From assembly GCA_040954595.2 (NCBI GenBank), contig CM082596.2:9258461-9322460 (forward strand): a stretch of 64,000 nt of DNA. The letters run 5' to 3'. The DNA is from Balanoglossus misakiensis. Taxonomy: Eukaryota; Animalia; Hemichordata. The notes below the pieces were generated by a model that searched no databases, was not told the origin of the DNA, and was given only the letters and a program-made list of their open reading frames with translations. Both the position numbers and the translations under genes were made by a program. Below, piece after piece: positions 63,216 through 64,000 of the stretch (its first letter is position 1; every line of letters starts with the position of its first letter).

Positions 63216-64000
63216 TGGTGAGGTTATCATCCTGTTCTTCATTCCTGTCACAATATGTAACCTCTTCTTCATCAGAATCAAAAGGTGCTGTGCAGGTCAT
63301 CATGTGTTCACGTAATTAACAAATATCATATTCATTTAAACAGCCCATACACATCTGGGTTATTGGATCTTCATCAGTCTCTGGATTGATCGGTTTAGTA
63401 GACAAGTTTTTCTGCACAGGTCTTATGTATATCTTACTCTGAGCCCCTAAATTAGCTTTCAAATCAGGAACTGACCAACTGCATGTGATTACCTTTAGTT
63501 TCTTAGCATGAGCACAATATAGCAGTTCTACACCCCCACAATCACGTATTTGTGGAAATCCAGCATCAGACATCAAAGTATCCATCAAGTCTCTGCTATT
63601 ACATTCGTTGTCAAAAGTTAGCCGTTTCAGTCCAAGTCCAGCACGAGTTAGTATCTGCTTGATTTCAGACGATGGGACGCTACTGGTGTTACGATCAGCA
63701 AGACAAACTGTCCAGTCCATGTCCGCTTACATTTCTTTGCACGACTTCTTCGGCCATAACTGTGTTCTCCTCTGTTTTGATTAGGCGTAAACAAAAGTGA
63801 CCGCTCCCTTTGTACGTGACTTGAACTTGCAGTGCCACTAGTGCTGGCGACGCCAGCTTGGTCACTTCGAGAAAACTCACTTGATGTGTGGGGTCTGCAT
63901 AAATCCCTCAGTCTAGAACGATCACCTACTTTGGTAACTCCCAATCGAGCCATTCTTCATTGGTTAAGGACAATACTGCTGTAATATCGATTCTTTCCTC
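63216..64000 (-). pseudogene. SAM-like + ubiquitin-like/PB1-like + zinc-finger remnant, running off the window
   Basis: RLGVTKVGDRSRLR (SAM-like); frameshift near 63703 (WTGQFV/CLADR); AGLGLKRLTF...FPQIRDCGGVELL...IYIRPVQKNL; CMGC...H...C with an in-frame TAA at 63316-63318. Confidence 0.5.

Overview
Eukaryotic, AT-rich, intron-containing DNA that reads like a marine invertebrate genome (inference). It is almost entirely nested transposable elements. Left part: a non-autonomous Helentron-type element holds a BEL/Pao LTR retrotransposon (identical 341-bp LTRs, CATCC TSD), which holds a 1.27-kb TIR element with a 5-bp TSD. Middle: tandem repeats, Harbinger-type MITEs, palindrome-ended elements, a Penelope-type minimal hammerhead ribozyme, and exons of two host-like genes (an LLTP/Vitellogenin_N-like gene on minus and a damaged EGF-containing gene on plus). 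Right part, from about 31 kb to beyond the window end: an apparent large element with a HIRAN-like gene converging on a multi-exon, highly divergent P-element-like transposase gene, plus a SAM/ubiquitin-like/zinc-finger remnant. The transposase is not visible as one ORF. It can be rebuilt with consistent splice phases once an L2-like LINE and a complete 16.5-kb Helentron are removed from its exons. The Helentron encodes a herpes-tegument-like deubiquitinase, 21-aa repeats, Rep, PIF1 helicase and AP endonuclease, plus an RPA70-like gene. A second non-autonomous Helentron carries a Crypton tyrosine-recombinase element. All assignments come from manual motif reading; no database searches were run.
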